From positions 1 to 24,533 of IMG/VR virus record IMGVR_UViG_3300027813_000087: 24,533 nucleotides of DNA. One strand, given 5' to 3'. The notes under the pieces were generated by a model. That model was given only the letters and a program-made list of their open reading frames with translations, was not told the DNA's origin and searched no databases. Source of the DNA: a virus. Its lineage: Duplodnaviria > Caudoviricetes. Positions 15,967-24,533 of this stretch are shown here, one piece after another (position 1 is the first letter of the stretch; the number at the start of each line of letters is the position of its first letter). The position numbers were made by a program, and so were the translations under genes.

Positions 15967-18900
15967 TTATTTTTGTGTTATGCTTGGTTCGGATAATAAA
16001 CAACGAACGTAATTAAATTTCGGTGTAATACCAACTTGAATTGTGTGATAAGGAATCCCCGTCATAACTTCCATAATTTCACCGGCCGGATTTTCATAAT
16101 AAACACAACCGCCGCCACCCTCCAACATTAAACCACCATTCGAAATTGCCAACGCCGTGATTCCGTTTTGTGTGAATTGAATTGGTTGTGTTGAATATTG
16201 ATTATTCCCGTCACCAATAACAATGTTTGAACTTGTTTGATTTATATTTTTTCCAATTGAAATTGCGCCAACTCCAATGTTTTGATTGTTGCCAATGTTT
16301 CCACCGGCGTTGGGTGCTAATTGCGTAGGAACTCGCGTCCCGTCGCTTGTATAATTTATATTTATTGGTTGTGCAATTCCAACTTGACTTGGTAATTTTT
16401 GCGTTCTTAATATTTGATTTGTTGGATTATTAATAAATCTTTCGTTTGCAATATCTAAAGACGACGTCATATATTCCGAAGCTACTTTTGCAACTCCAAA
16501 CGCAATTGGTTGTGCATTAAAATCTGTCCATTGCGGCGTTAAGTTTGCGCCAAAACCTTTTTTCATTGACACCTTAGAAACTCCACGTGTGTTTGAATAT
16601 TCGAATAATTCGACTATTGTTAATTGATTTGCACCCGCTTTGAAATCCGTTATTTTATTCATAACCCAATACGTGTCCGCTTGCGCGCCTTCTATATAAA
16701 TTAACTTTCTGTAATCTAAATTTGCAATATCATAAGGCGTCAATTTAAAAAATGCTTTTTTAACGACGGGACGATTAATTAAGGATAAAATATGTGATTC
16801 CCAAAACATTTGATAAAGCCCATTTGTTAAGTCATACGGCGGCGGCGTTGCAACAACATTAATTTCGCTTTGTTCAAAATAAAGTGACGGACTATTATAA
16901 GTAACACCACCCAACAAAAGTGTCCCACCTAAATTTCCAACTTGATCGGAATACACACCCGCAAATGGATATGTTTGTAGATTTTCCGTTGGATCGGTTA
17001 AATCGTCAAATCCAAAACGCCAAGTGTTCGCACTTGTTATTCCGTCAACTTGGTTTAACGGCTGCAATCCATACCAAGTCAAAATTCGTGTTGCGAATTC
17101 GGTTAACTTATCCGGCAAATTTACGTTGTATTGAACATTCCACGCGGACGAATATTCGGAATGTATTATTGGAATAAATGGTTGTTTGTCCGCGCCTTGG
17201 TTATTTGAAACGCTTTTGTCGTAAAACATATAAGTTGGCGCATAATAATCTGAACCAATTTTTTGTTCTTCATTCAAATATAAATCGCCTAAATTTATAG
17301 CGTGTGAACCCAATTCACAAATTTGGCCACGTCTTCGGTTTCGTTCTTCAACCAATCCGTCGGCGGAATCGTTTTCATAAGTGAAACAAAGATTTCGTTT
17401 TAATGCGTCATAAATATATGAATTCTCTTGGTTGCTTCCGTGATGTAATTTTTCCGTCCAATTAACCGATTCCGTGTAATGTTTAAAAAATGAATCGCGC
17501 GGTTCAACTATTATTGTTTTTGTTTGTTCGTTTGATTGCCAAAATAAATTGAATAAACCCGTCAACCCATTAACCCATTCTAATTGCGTTTGATCGCACG
17601 GCAATAATAATTCCAAGTCAACCGAACCCCCCGCAATAATAACCGGATCAATTGTCCCACTAAATGATTGTGAACGTGCGCGATATTTCATTTGACACGT
17701 TCCTTGCGCACCAATACCGCCCGCGACACCCGTTCCCGTTGATGCACTATTTGTTTTTCCCATTATACAATTTACTTCGCTATATAAAAAAACTCTGTCT
17801 TCTACGTCGATAATATCAATTTGAATTCCGGTAAAATTCAAATTTTTCTTTAAATTTGTTGTGTGCGCACTTAATGGGAATAGATCGTTGAATAATTCGA
17901 GATTATTATATGCCCCCGTTGATGGTGATAACCCGCCCATTGTGTTTAAACTATTCGTCACCCTTTTGCCAACCGCGTGGACTACGTGACAACTTCGTGT
18001 TGCGTGTTTGTAGTGTATTAAATAAACGTTAAAATCGTAAGCCGTTCCCGTATAAGTATCATATCCATAAAGATTGGAATGAGCCGCAAAATTTGATCCC
18101 CCGTTTCCCGTTCCTTGCATTGGCGGCATTTCAGAAGATGTGTAAGGTGGCCACGGATCATATTGTGCAACCGGATTATTTATTTCGTAATCATTATTCA
18201 TTTCCAAATACATTCCGCCGGAAAATTCGTAAATTCCTAAATATGTTGTTGCAAACATTGACGTATCAGTCATTACAATTTCTTTGCTACCTAAATAGGG
18301 ATAAGGATAAGGCAAACCAATTGCCGGATTGTAATACCAAGGTTCACAATCGGCACAAAAATAATCGTGTCCCCACGTTCTCCAAGGCATATTTTGCGAA
18401 ATGGTTGTTCCACCCGCAAGAATACACGGGTTATCGGAATAAGGCCACGGCACGTTGTCGGATTGCGCACCCCCGTTAGTTAATCCCGTTCCATAATTTG
18501 CCCAATACCAACCCGCAAAATGAAACGGATCGTCTAACGTATGCAACCCGCTAATATTATAAGGTGTTGTCGTATTAAAATACGGCGTTATGTCTTCAAT
18601 TGTTATTTGTCCGGCCGGATCACACGTTGGACACGTTATCGTTAAACCATAACTTTGTCCGTGCCACGCGTTCGTGCCAATCGTTCCGTAACAATCTAAA
18701 GTTGCGCCATCTTGGTGATAATAATTCAACGGCGTTTTCCACGGCGTTGTGTCAGATGTTGAATAATCAAATGAATAAGATTCGACGATTGCTGCATTAT
18801 TAACAAAAGATTCCATTGGTATAAATGAAACCAAACGTTTGAACCAAGACGTTTCAAAAAATGTCGATTGCAGCGTGTAACCTTGCGCGGCAAAAATACA

Positions 18901-19563
18901 TTTCAACATATTGTAAAAATAAAAAGCCGGTGAAAAATCGGACGGCGTTGGTATTCCTTCACCCGTTGTTGCGTCTTCAAAATTCCATTTTCCCGTGTTA
19001 ATTAATGGATAAACAATGTGTGTTTGAACACCACCTTGGATGTCGCCGGCTTCGCCAAAATTCCAAGTTTCTTTTATTGCGTCACGTGAAAACAAACCAA
19101 CGACGGGCGCTAATGGGAAAAAATTTCCCGCGCTGAAATCAATATCGCATAAATTTAAATCGGCCAACGCATTAACCCATTTGAAGTTTTCGCCAAAAAC
19201 TTGACATTCATAAGATTTTGGAATTCCTTGGTATTTCGTTCCTTTGATTTGAAATTTTCCCTCCAAAATATTCATTCCGTCAACAAATATTAACGCGTCA
19301 TAATCTTCGACGTATTGGTGTGAATCGTATAAACTTTCGGAATAAAGATTTTTCAACGTTGTGTTATTCCTTCCGGTTGCCGGAATTGAAAATGTTTTGG
19401 AATATGAACCTTTTGAACTTGACGGATCTTGGACGTCCTTAATTGAATAAGTCAACGCCAATGGAAAATCCGTAACTTTCTCAATATCCAAATAAAATTT
19501 TTCGTTTGGTTTAACCGAAGTGTTAACAATTATGAATTCAATATTTGGTGAGTATTGCGCCAT
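15967..19563 (-). CDS. Large tail tip/baseplate hub protein (1198 aa)
   Basis: N-terminal LTYSIKDVQD...SYSKTFSIPAT..NN pattern typical of Bacteroidota phage tail proteins; adjacent to the tape measure gene. Confidence 0.65.
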   Translation of the reverse strand: MAQYSPNIEFIIVNTSVKPNEKFYLDIEKVTDFPLALTYSIKDVQDPSSSKGSYSKTFSIPATGRNNTTLKNLYSESLYDSHQYVEDYDALIFVDGMNILEGKFQIKGTKYQGIPKSYECQVFGENFKWVNALADLNLCDIDFSAGNFFPLAPVVGLFSRDAIKETWNFGEAGDIQGGVQTHIVYPLINTGKWNFEDATTGEGIPTPSDFSPAFYFYNMLKCIFAAQGYTLQSTFFETSWFKRLVSFIPMESFVNNAAIVESYSFDYSTSDTTPWKTPLNYYHQDGATLDCYGTIGTNAWHGQSYGLTITCPTCDPAGQITIEDITPYFNTTTPYNISGLHTLDDPFHFAGWYWANYGTGLTNGGAQSDNVPWPYSDNPCILAGGTTISQNMPWRTWGHDYFCADCEPWYYNPAIGLPYPYPYLGSKEIVMTDTSMFATTYLGIYEFSGGMYLEMNNDYEINNPVAQYDPWPPYTSSEMPPMQGTGNGGSNFAAHSNLYGYDTYTGTAYDFNVYLIHYKHATRSCHVVHAVGKRVTNSLNTMGGLSPSTGAYNNLELFNDLFPLSAHTTNLKKNLNFTGIQIDIIDVEDRVFLYSEVNCIMGKTNSASTGTGVAGGIGAQGTCQMKYRARSQSFSGTIDPVIIAGGSVDLELLLPCDQTQLEWVNGLTGLFNLFWQSNEQTKTIIVEPRDSFFKHYTESVNWTEKLHHGSNQENSYIYDALKRNLCFTYENDSADGLVEERNRRRGQICELGSHAINLGDLYLNEEQKIGSDYYAPTYMFYDKSVSNNQGADKQPFIPIIHSEYSSAWNVQYNVNLPDKLTEFATRILTWYGLQPLNQVDGITSANTWRFGFDDLTDPTENLQTYPFAGVYSDQVGNLGGTLLLGGVTYNSPSLYFEQSEINVVATPPPYDLTNGLYQMFWESHILSLINRPVVKKAFFKLTPYDIANLDYRKLIYIEGAQADTYWVMNKITDFKAGANQLTIVELFEYSNTRGVSKVSMKKGFGANLTPQWTDFNAQPIAFGVAKVASEYMTSSLDIANERFINNPTNQILRTQKLPSQVGIAQPININYTSDGTRVPTQLAPNAGGNIGNNQNIGVGAISIGKNINQTSSNIVIGDGNNQYSTQPIQFTQNGITALAISNGGLMLEGGGGCVYYENPAGEIMEVMTGIPYHTIQVGITPKFNYVRCLLSEPSITQK

Positions 19564-19575
19564 TTTTTTTTGTTT

Positions 19576-20982
19576 TTAATATCTTGGGTTTCGTTGGTTA
19601 ACCGCCAATTCAAAAGTGAATTTTAAACTTGCATAATTTTCGTTTGATTTTTCAATGTTTATCGTCCCGCCTTTTAAAACAATTGGAACGAACCAAAATG
19701 GTTGTTCACGTTCTAAAAAAGAAACTTCCGTGTCAACAATTGTTTCACCGGAATTATTAGTGGTTTTTAAATAAACGTTAGTTGACGAAAACATTTCCGC
19801 AAAATGAATTGCTCTGTCTTTACGCATTAATTGTGTTGTGACTGAATAACTTTCAATATTTATATTCGCCCAATTTGAATTCCCGAACGCCATTGGTTTA
19901 AACATATCGAAATATCCTAAAGATTTTTCAAAATCTTCGAATTTGTTTTTTGTTTTTTTACTGAATTTTCCGTTGCTTGTTACGCAATCAAAACCGCCCA
20001 ACATATTTTTAAAAGCGAAACGTAAATATCCGGAATTTTTTATACACGTATCGTCAATTTTAAACACGTAATTTGTTAAAACGTTTGCATAAACACAACT
20101 TGCGCCACCCGTGTTTCCTTTGAATCTAACAATGTATTTTTTAACGTTTATGAATTTTGGTGATGTCCCTTCGGCTGCATTTGGTGTAAATCCATTAATA
20201 ATATCCATCATACCAACACGAACCATTTTTGTGTTTAAATCGTCCGGAACTAAAAATGAATGAGTATTTAAACTTAAACCATTTCCGTCCTTTGTTTCAA
20301 TTATAATCGTATATCCGCAAACATCATTTTGTTGCGACGGCTTGGCGTTAAACATTAACGGATATGTTTCGTCACGTCTTATTGTAACATAAGAAGATCT
20401 TTGCATTGCTTCAACTGCAATTGGATAGTTTGTGAAATATCTTGAAACTTGATTTTCAATATCATTTAATGTATTAAAATATTTGAATACGCCATTTACT
20501 GATCCGTTGTCGCCAACGACTTGTTGTAAAAATTTTGTATTTGGTGAACCTTCGTGAATATAAATATTTTCAGAAGTCACCGGCGTTGGATCAACTATAA
20601 TTAAACCCGTTGTTGTGTCTAAATATTCGCGATAGAATTCCACATAACACCTAAAATTTACAATGTCCGAACCGGATTTAAGAGAATTAATAACCCCCTG
20701 ATCATTTCCAAAACTTGAATACATATCGAACAATGTCCACTTTGTTAATGTATTAAAAACTTCTGACGCGTCAAATTTAAAAACTCCCGTAAATTCTAAG
20801 TTTGGCGCTAATCTATACGATCCGCCAACTTGCGTTGCAACTGATGTTCCTTGGTTAATCTTAAAACATTTAGCAATTACGTTTGTTGTGTCCGGATCTG
20901 TATCGTTACATTGAAAAAATATAGGAATCAATGTTGAAATCAATTCGTTTCTTTTCGGTTTTATTGATAGTGTAAAGGCCAT
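19576..20982 (-). CDS. Putative distal tail/baseplate structural protein (468 aa)
   Basis: Beta-rich, C-terminal FKNMLGGFD...SSTNVY...LKFTFELA; located in the tail module. Confidence 0.55.
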   Translation of the reverse strand: MAFTLSIKPKRNELISTLIPIFFQCNDTDPDTTNVIAKCFKINQGTSVATQVGGSYRLAPNLEFTGVFKFDASEVFNTLTKWTLFDMYSSFGNDQGVINSLKSGSDIVNFRCYVEFYREYLDTTTGLIIVDPTPVTSENIYIHEGSPNTKFLQQVVGDNGSVNGVFKYFNTLNDIENQVSRYFTNYPIAVEAMQRSSYVTIRRDETYPLMFNAKPSQQNDVCGYTIIIETKDGNGLSLNTHSFLVPDDLNTKMVRVGMMDIINGFTPNAAEGTSPKFINVKKYIVRFKGNTGGASCVYANVLTNYVFKIDDTCIKNSGYLRFAFKNMLGGFDCVTSNGKFSKKTKNKFEDFEKSLGYFDMFKPMAFGNSNWANINIESYSVTTQLMRKDRAIHFAEMFSSTNVYLKTTNNSGETIVDTEVSFLEREQPFWFVPIVLKGGTINIEKSNENYASLKFTFELAVNQRNPRY

Positions 20983-20983
20983 T

Positions 20984-21514
20984 TTATATAATTATTTCGA
21001 TTTGATTTGGAATTGCGTTCCCTATTATTTTTAAAACTTCCGATTGATATATTTTTGAAATCTTTAAAATTTCATTGTTAATTTCATTTTGTGATTTTGC
21101 AACGAATCCAAGTTTGTTTTTATTCATTGGGTTTCCCAAACCAAAACCCCCGCGATTTGTTGCGGTTTGTTTTGTTGCTATTGCAAACGCAATTGCACGG
21201 ATTGCGTCCTTGTCACTTGCCATTCCTTTTGTTTTAACCCAATCAATTAACCCGTCAATGTATTTTGAATTCCCCGCACCCGAACGTGTGGACGCGTCAA
21301 ATGGAACTTTTGCAGCCGAAACCCCGTATTCAACAACACGCCAATAATCGTTTCCCATAATTCGTAAATCCAAACCAAATTCCCCTTTTGGTGTTATTGT
21401 GTGCGACAAAGAATTAATCAAAGAACCCGACGCGCTACGATTTAAAGCAATTAATTTTTGCCCTAAAATTGATTCGATTTGAACCGCTATTGGATCAACT
21501 TGTTTTGTGTTCAT
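20984..21514 (-). CDS. Putative tail completion/neck protein
   Basis: ASGSLINS, DYWRVVEYG and LIDWVKTKG..AIAFAIA patterns recall HK97 gp10-like morphogenesis proteins. Confidence 0.5.
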   Translation of the reverse strand: MNTKQVDPIAVQIESILGQKLIALNRSASGSLINSLSHTITPKGEFGLDLRIMGNDYWRVVEYGVSAAKVPFDASTRSGAGNSKYIDGLIDWVKTKGMASDKDAIRAIAFAIATKQTATNRGGFGLGNPMNKNKLGFVAKSQNEINNEILKISKIYQSEVLKIIGNAIPNQIEIII

Positions 21515-22011
21515 TAATCTATATTAGGAAAATCATTTGTGTTTGCGCATAAACGATAAAAGTTAAAACCAAACGTTACTTTTAAAGCCAACAACCGATC
21601 GTTCGACGCTTCTTTAATTCTTATTATTTGAATTGGTGCGGTTAAAATAAATTCAATTCCCAAAACGTTTTCGTAATAATACCACCAATTGTAAATCCAA
21701 AACATAACGTCGTCTTCCATTTTATCCCAAAATTCCAATATTGCCAAATCGTCCGTAACATTATATTGTGACGGCAAAATGTCGTAACTAATCAATGTCC
21801 AATTTGAATTCGTTGAAATTGTGTTTGAACTCCACGCCTTTGTTGAAACAATTATTTCCGGCGGGTTCATAACCATTAACGGCAAAGTTTTCGAATGTAT
21901 GTTGTCAACCTCTTGCGGCCAACCAAAATAAAATCCACGATTGGGTGTTGCGTTAACCCAATAATATTTCATTTTATCGACAATTGCGGTTGTGTTTGTG
22001 TTCGCACTCAT
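21514..22011 (-). CDS. Putative tail terminator protein
   Basis: 165 aa; alpha/beta pattern (LPLMVMNP...) and position in the tail module. Confidence 0.45.
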   Translation of the reverse strand: MSANTNTTAIVDKMKYYWVNATPNRGFYFGWPQEVDNIHSKTLPLMVMNPPEIIVSTKAWSSNTISTNSNWTLISYDILPSQYNVTDDLAILEFWDKMEDDVMFWIYNWWYYYENVLGIEFILTAPIQIIRIKEASNDRLLALKVTFGFNFYRLCANTNDFPNID

Positions 22012-22014
22012 AAT

Positions 22015-22341
22015 TTATTTCCTTTTGTTTTTCCTCGCATTTTGTTTTTGCTTTTGTTCTTCTTCCATTCCTTTTTTAACTTCGTTTTCGTATTCAACGC
22101 TTGCTGCCTTCCAACTTAAATAAGTGAAAATCGTGTAAAGATTTTCGGCCTTAACTGATTCAACGGCGTTCATTTGTTTCGAGGTGAACAACCCCGTTTT
22201 TGCAACGTCATAAAGCGTATTCAACCAACCATAAGGTTTCAAGATTGCCCAATTGTTTGTTGCGTGTCGGTTGTCATTTCGGTTTCCGTTTTTAAATACG
22301 TTCGGATAGGTTTTTTGTAGGTGTTCACTTGTTTCGTCAAA
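22015..22341 (-). CDS. -1 frameshift extension of the tail assembly chaperone (gpT-like part of a ~310 aa fusion)
   Basis: The ORF has no good start of its own (TTG next to the T10 run), lies in the -1 frame of 22239-22946, and ends 3 nt before the next ATG. Confidence 0.7.
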   Translation of the reverse strand, partial: FDETSEHLQKTYPNVFKNGNRNDNRHATNNWAILKPYGWLNTLYDVAKTGLFTSKQMNAVESVKAENLYTIFTYLSWKAASVEYENEVKKGMEEEQKQKQNARKNKRK

Positions 22342-22946
22342 AAAAAAAGGAAATCCCAAACCACGTCCATTTTCAATTCACTAAATATTTTCGTTTTCTT
22401 TGCAACCAATTGTTCGTCATAAACTTCGTTTTGTTCTCGACACAAAACCGCCATTTGTTCGGCAATAACTCCGAATCGTCCCGCTTCATTTTTTTGTGCT
22501 AACATATCCAATTGCGCCGCTTCTATATAATCACCGAACGTTGTTGTTTTCATTTCAGTTAATGGAAAAAAATATTCTTTGTTTTTTATTGTAAAAGATT
22601 TTTTGTTTTCCGGTTTTGTTATTTTTCGTTCAACTTCTGAATTTAAAAAATTTGACATTGTGTTTAATGTCTTTGACATTTCTTCGCCGTCAACTTTGTT
22701 AATTATATTTTTTTCAATTCCCGTAAATTCTGAAAACACTTGGCGATTGATTTTTACGTTGTGCAAATTACGTTCGGCGTCCAATGCTTTTATTTGTAAA
22801 TCATTTTTTGGTGCGTCGTCTTCATTTGGTTCAATGAAAATATTATTATTTATTATTGAATAAATTTTTGAATAATCTTTTAAATTAATTTCATTCCAAG
22901 ATTGTGGAATTTTACATTTTATTTCGCCGACACTTAAATTAATCAT
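22239..22946 (-). CDS. Probable tail assembly chaperone (gpG-like)
   Basis: IPQSWNEINLKDY and TTFGDYI duplicated motif; contains the T10 slippery run at ...WDFLFFL. Confidence 0.65.
   Translation of the reverse strand: MINLSVGEIKCKIPQSWNEINLKDYSKIYSIINNNIFIEPNEDDAPKNDLQIKALDAERNLHNVKINRQVFSEFTGIEKNIINKVDGEEMSKTLNTMSNFLNSEVERKITKPENKKSFTIKNKEYFFPLTEMKTTTFGDYIEAAQLDMLAQKNEAGRFGVIAEQMAVLCREQNEVYDEQLVAKKTKIFSELKMDVVWDFLFFLTKQVNTYKKPIRTYLKTETEMTTDTQQTIGQS
22339..22348 (-). other. Slippery sequence T10 (C-TT TTT TTT TT-G)
   Basis: A10 on the plus strand, providing an in-frame T TTT TTT heptamer. Confidence 0.75.
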
Positions 22947-23346
22947 TTTGTTTTTGTTTGGTTTTTATTTGGTTTTCTTGAATTCTTTTTTCATTCATAA
23001 ATTCCAAATCGTTTATTGTGTCCGCTATTAATTCAAACAACAATTCCGTTTCTTCATTTATTATTTCTTCGTTTTCGTCCGTCTTAATTCCCGCCGCAAA
23101 TCCAATTCCCGCAAACAATAAATAATTTGGAAACATAAAAATCCAATCCGTTTCCGGAATATTCATTGACTTCAATTCTTTGCCAATGTTATTGTGCAAC
23201 ATTTTTGCGTTTGTTATAACCGGTTTGAAATTTCGAAATGCTTTGTGGTTTTCGTCTTCTGTAATTCTATAAATAAACCCCTCAACCTCATTAATGAAGT
23301 GATCCAAAATTTCTTTGTGTTCGGTGTTTAATGTTTTGAATTTCAT
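22939..23346 (-). CDS. Hypothetical acidic protein (135 aa)
   Basis: ORF track; own promoter upstream; overlaps the next gene by 8 nt. Confidence 0.8.
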   Translation of the reverse strand: MKFKTLNTEHKEILDHFINEVEGFIYRITEDENHKAFRNFKPVITNAKMLHNNIGKELKSMNIPETDWIFMFPNYLLFAGIGFAAGIKTDENEEIINEETELLFELIADTINDLEFMNEKRIQENQIKTKQKQND

Positions 23347-23352
23347 AATTTA

Positions 23353-23387
23353 CAAAAATAAAAAATTGTTTTATATAATCGTCGCAA
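23353..23387 (-). promoter_or_regulatory. Promoter TTGCGAC-N20-TATTTTTG for the tail operon
   Basis: Same elements and spacing as 4170-4204; 6 nt before ATG 23346. Confidence 0.6.
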
Positions 23388-23394
23388 TTTTAAG

Positions 23395-24533
23395 TTATCC
23401 GAAATATAAAATTTTAGTTTTATTTAATTCGAAATAATATCGCATAATTAAAGCGTCGGACAAATCCGGCGAACGTCCCAATAATGATTTGATTTTGTCT
23501 TTTGGTGTGATCATTAATTTGTTGTCTTTGTCAATGTCGTGTTGCTTAACCATTTCGAATTCCATTATTATTTTTTGTTGTAATGCTTTGTCGTTTGTAT
23601 TTATAAACACACCGCCGTTCATAACCTTTTGCGCAAACTTATAATAACATTGCGTTTTGACGTTTCGATAATTTTCATTGTCAAATGCTTTTGCATTATT
23701 TACAAAGGATTTGCAGCCCTTCAAGATGTCAACGAACCCACCACCAACCCCGTCCGAATCTGCCACAATGTTTGAACGTTGAACGTTGTGTGTCTTTGCC
23801 ATTTCGTCAACTATCGTTGCCAATTCGTCAATGGAATTTTTGTCAAATGTTTTAATTTGTTCAACACGCCAATTGTGCCACAAACAAATCACGGATTGAT
23901 CGCGTCCGTAACGTGCAACGTCAACCGAAATATATTTTGTCCCAACGCCCGAAACAAAATTATTTGTAAACATATCGTTCAACGCGTCAATTGAAAACAA
24001 TTGTGAATCGTCGTCCGAATATTCCCAATCGCCAAACAACAAACGTTTTTGATTCAATACGTCCAATTGTTGTAATTGTTTAATATAATGTTTTGAAATG
24101 TTTGGATTGTCCGTCACTAATGATTGAACGAATTGTTTATTTTCGTCCAACGTTCCGTCCTTAAATTTTTTGTAAAACTCCGAATAAATCCAACCTTTTG
24201 ACGGATTGCACGTCATTAATAATTTTGGGACTAATGAATTTTCGTCCAACTTATAACGCATTCGCGATTGAATAACATTGAACGCCATTGGTGTAATTTC
24301 GGTTGCTTCGTCTATGAACGCGCCGGTTATTTCCATTGAACCAAGTGAATCAAAATTTGGATCGCTTGGATAATGAAACAAATCTTTTAAAATTATTTCC
24401 GATTGTGTTTCGTGAATTGTGATTAATGATTTCGTTTCGTTATAAGTGAAATCGACGTTTGCTTTTAAACCTTGCATTGCAGCCACTTCGAATAATGAAC
24501 GTAATGTTGTTTCCTTTAAATTTTTTAAACGGC
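23395..24533 (-). CDS. terL: Terminase large subunit, 5' end outside the window
   Basis: Frame stays open to the window edge (RLKNLKETTLRSLFEV...). Walker B GAFIDEA, coupling motif LMTCNP, nuclease SVDVARYGRD and SPDLSDA. Confidence 0.93.
   Translation of the reverse strand, partial: RLKNLKETTLRSLFEVAAMQGLKANVDFTYNETKSLITIHETQSEIILKDLFHYPSDPNFDSLGSMEITGAFIDEATEITPMAFNVIQSRMRYKLDENSLVPKLLMTCNPSKGWIYSEFYKKFKDGTLDENKQFVQSLVTDNPNISKHYIKQLQQLDVLNQKRLLFGDWEYSDDDSQLFSIDALNDMFTNNFVSGVGTKYISVDVARYGRDQSVICLWHNWRVEQIKTFDKNSIDELATIVDEMAKTHNVQRSNIVADSDGVGGGFVDILKGCKSFVNNAKAFDNENYRNVKTQCYYKFAQKVMNGGVFINTNDKALQQKIIMEFEMVKQHDIDKDNKLMITPKDKIKSLLGRSPDLSDALIMRYYFELNKTKILYFG

Larger units (their letters stand above)
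1..24533 (-). mobile_element. Tailed dsDNA phage/prophage segment (morphogenesis, lysis and start of an early region), likely Bacteroidota-infecting siphovirus
   Basis: Co-oriented terminase, protease, capsid, portal, tape measure and amidase genes. Bacteroidota-type TAnnTTTG promoter elements. No host housekeeping genes or integrase in the window. Confidence 0.95.

Noticed and set aside
15967-19563. Diversity-generating retroelement target in tail genes
   Set aside because: No reverse transcriptase and no template/variable repeat pair seen in this window.
22015-22946. Pseudogene (broken gene) interpretation of the overlapping ORF pair
   Set aside because: The shift falls exactly on a slippery heptamer in -1 geometry in a chaperone-like gene, and both frames stay open. 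Programmed frameshifting is more likely, though a homopolymer error is not excluded.
790-23994. All plus-strand ORFs in the track (e.g. 10236-10553, 11996-12424, 12788-13285, 14027-14413)
   Set aside because: They are antisense shadows of well-formed minus-strand genes, mostly with TTG/GTG starts, no motifs and no credible promoters.
1-24533. Stop-codon reassignment
   Set aside because: Long genes are intact under code 11, and TAG (556, 2995) and TGA (4219) end genes at sensible boundaries.

Overview
The window is part of a low-GC, tailed (siphovirus-like) bacteriophage or prophage, probably infecting a Bacteroidota/Flavobacteriia host. The host inference rests on TAnnTTTG -7 promoters, A-rich leaders without Shine-Dalgarno sites, and the look of the structural proteins. 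All credible genes are on the minus strand. In transcription order (right to left): terminase large subunit (cut by the window edge); a hypothetical; a tail assembly chaperone with a T10 -1 frameshift; tail terminator-, completion-, distal-tail- and tail-tip-like proteins; tape measure protein; three small Cys/HTH genes; a self-contained two-gene island; ClpP-type prohead protease/scaffold; major capsid; major tail; portal; adaptor; fibre-like protein; lysis cassette (two holin-like proteins, amidase, probable u-spanin); metallophosphoesterase; and the start of an early-type small-gene region with a probable ssDNA-annealing protein. The most notable observation is a regulatory cassette present twice, about 9 kb apart (1349-1699 and 10134-10912), in front of unrelated small ORFs. 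It consists of an identical 18-bp promoter core, a 5' stem-loop, an ACC-A8-CCAA leader and a shared ACACGGGCGGG intergenic hairpin, suggesting a gene-shuffling expression-cassette system. Several 4-mers (CATG, GTAC, CCAG/CTGG, GACC/GGTC) also appear absent by eye. Product calls come from motif recognition and context only; no database searches were run.
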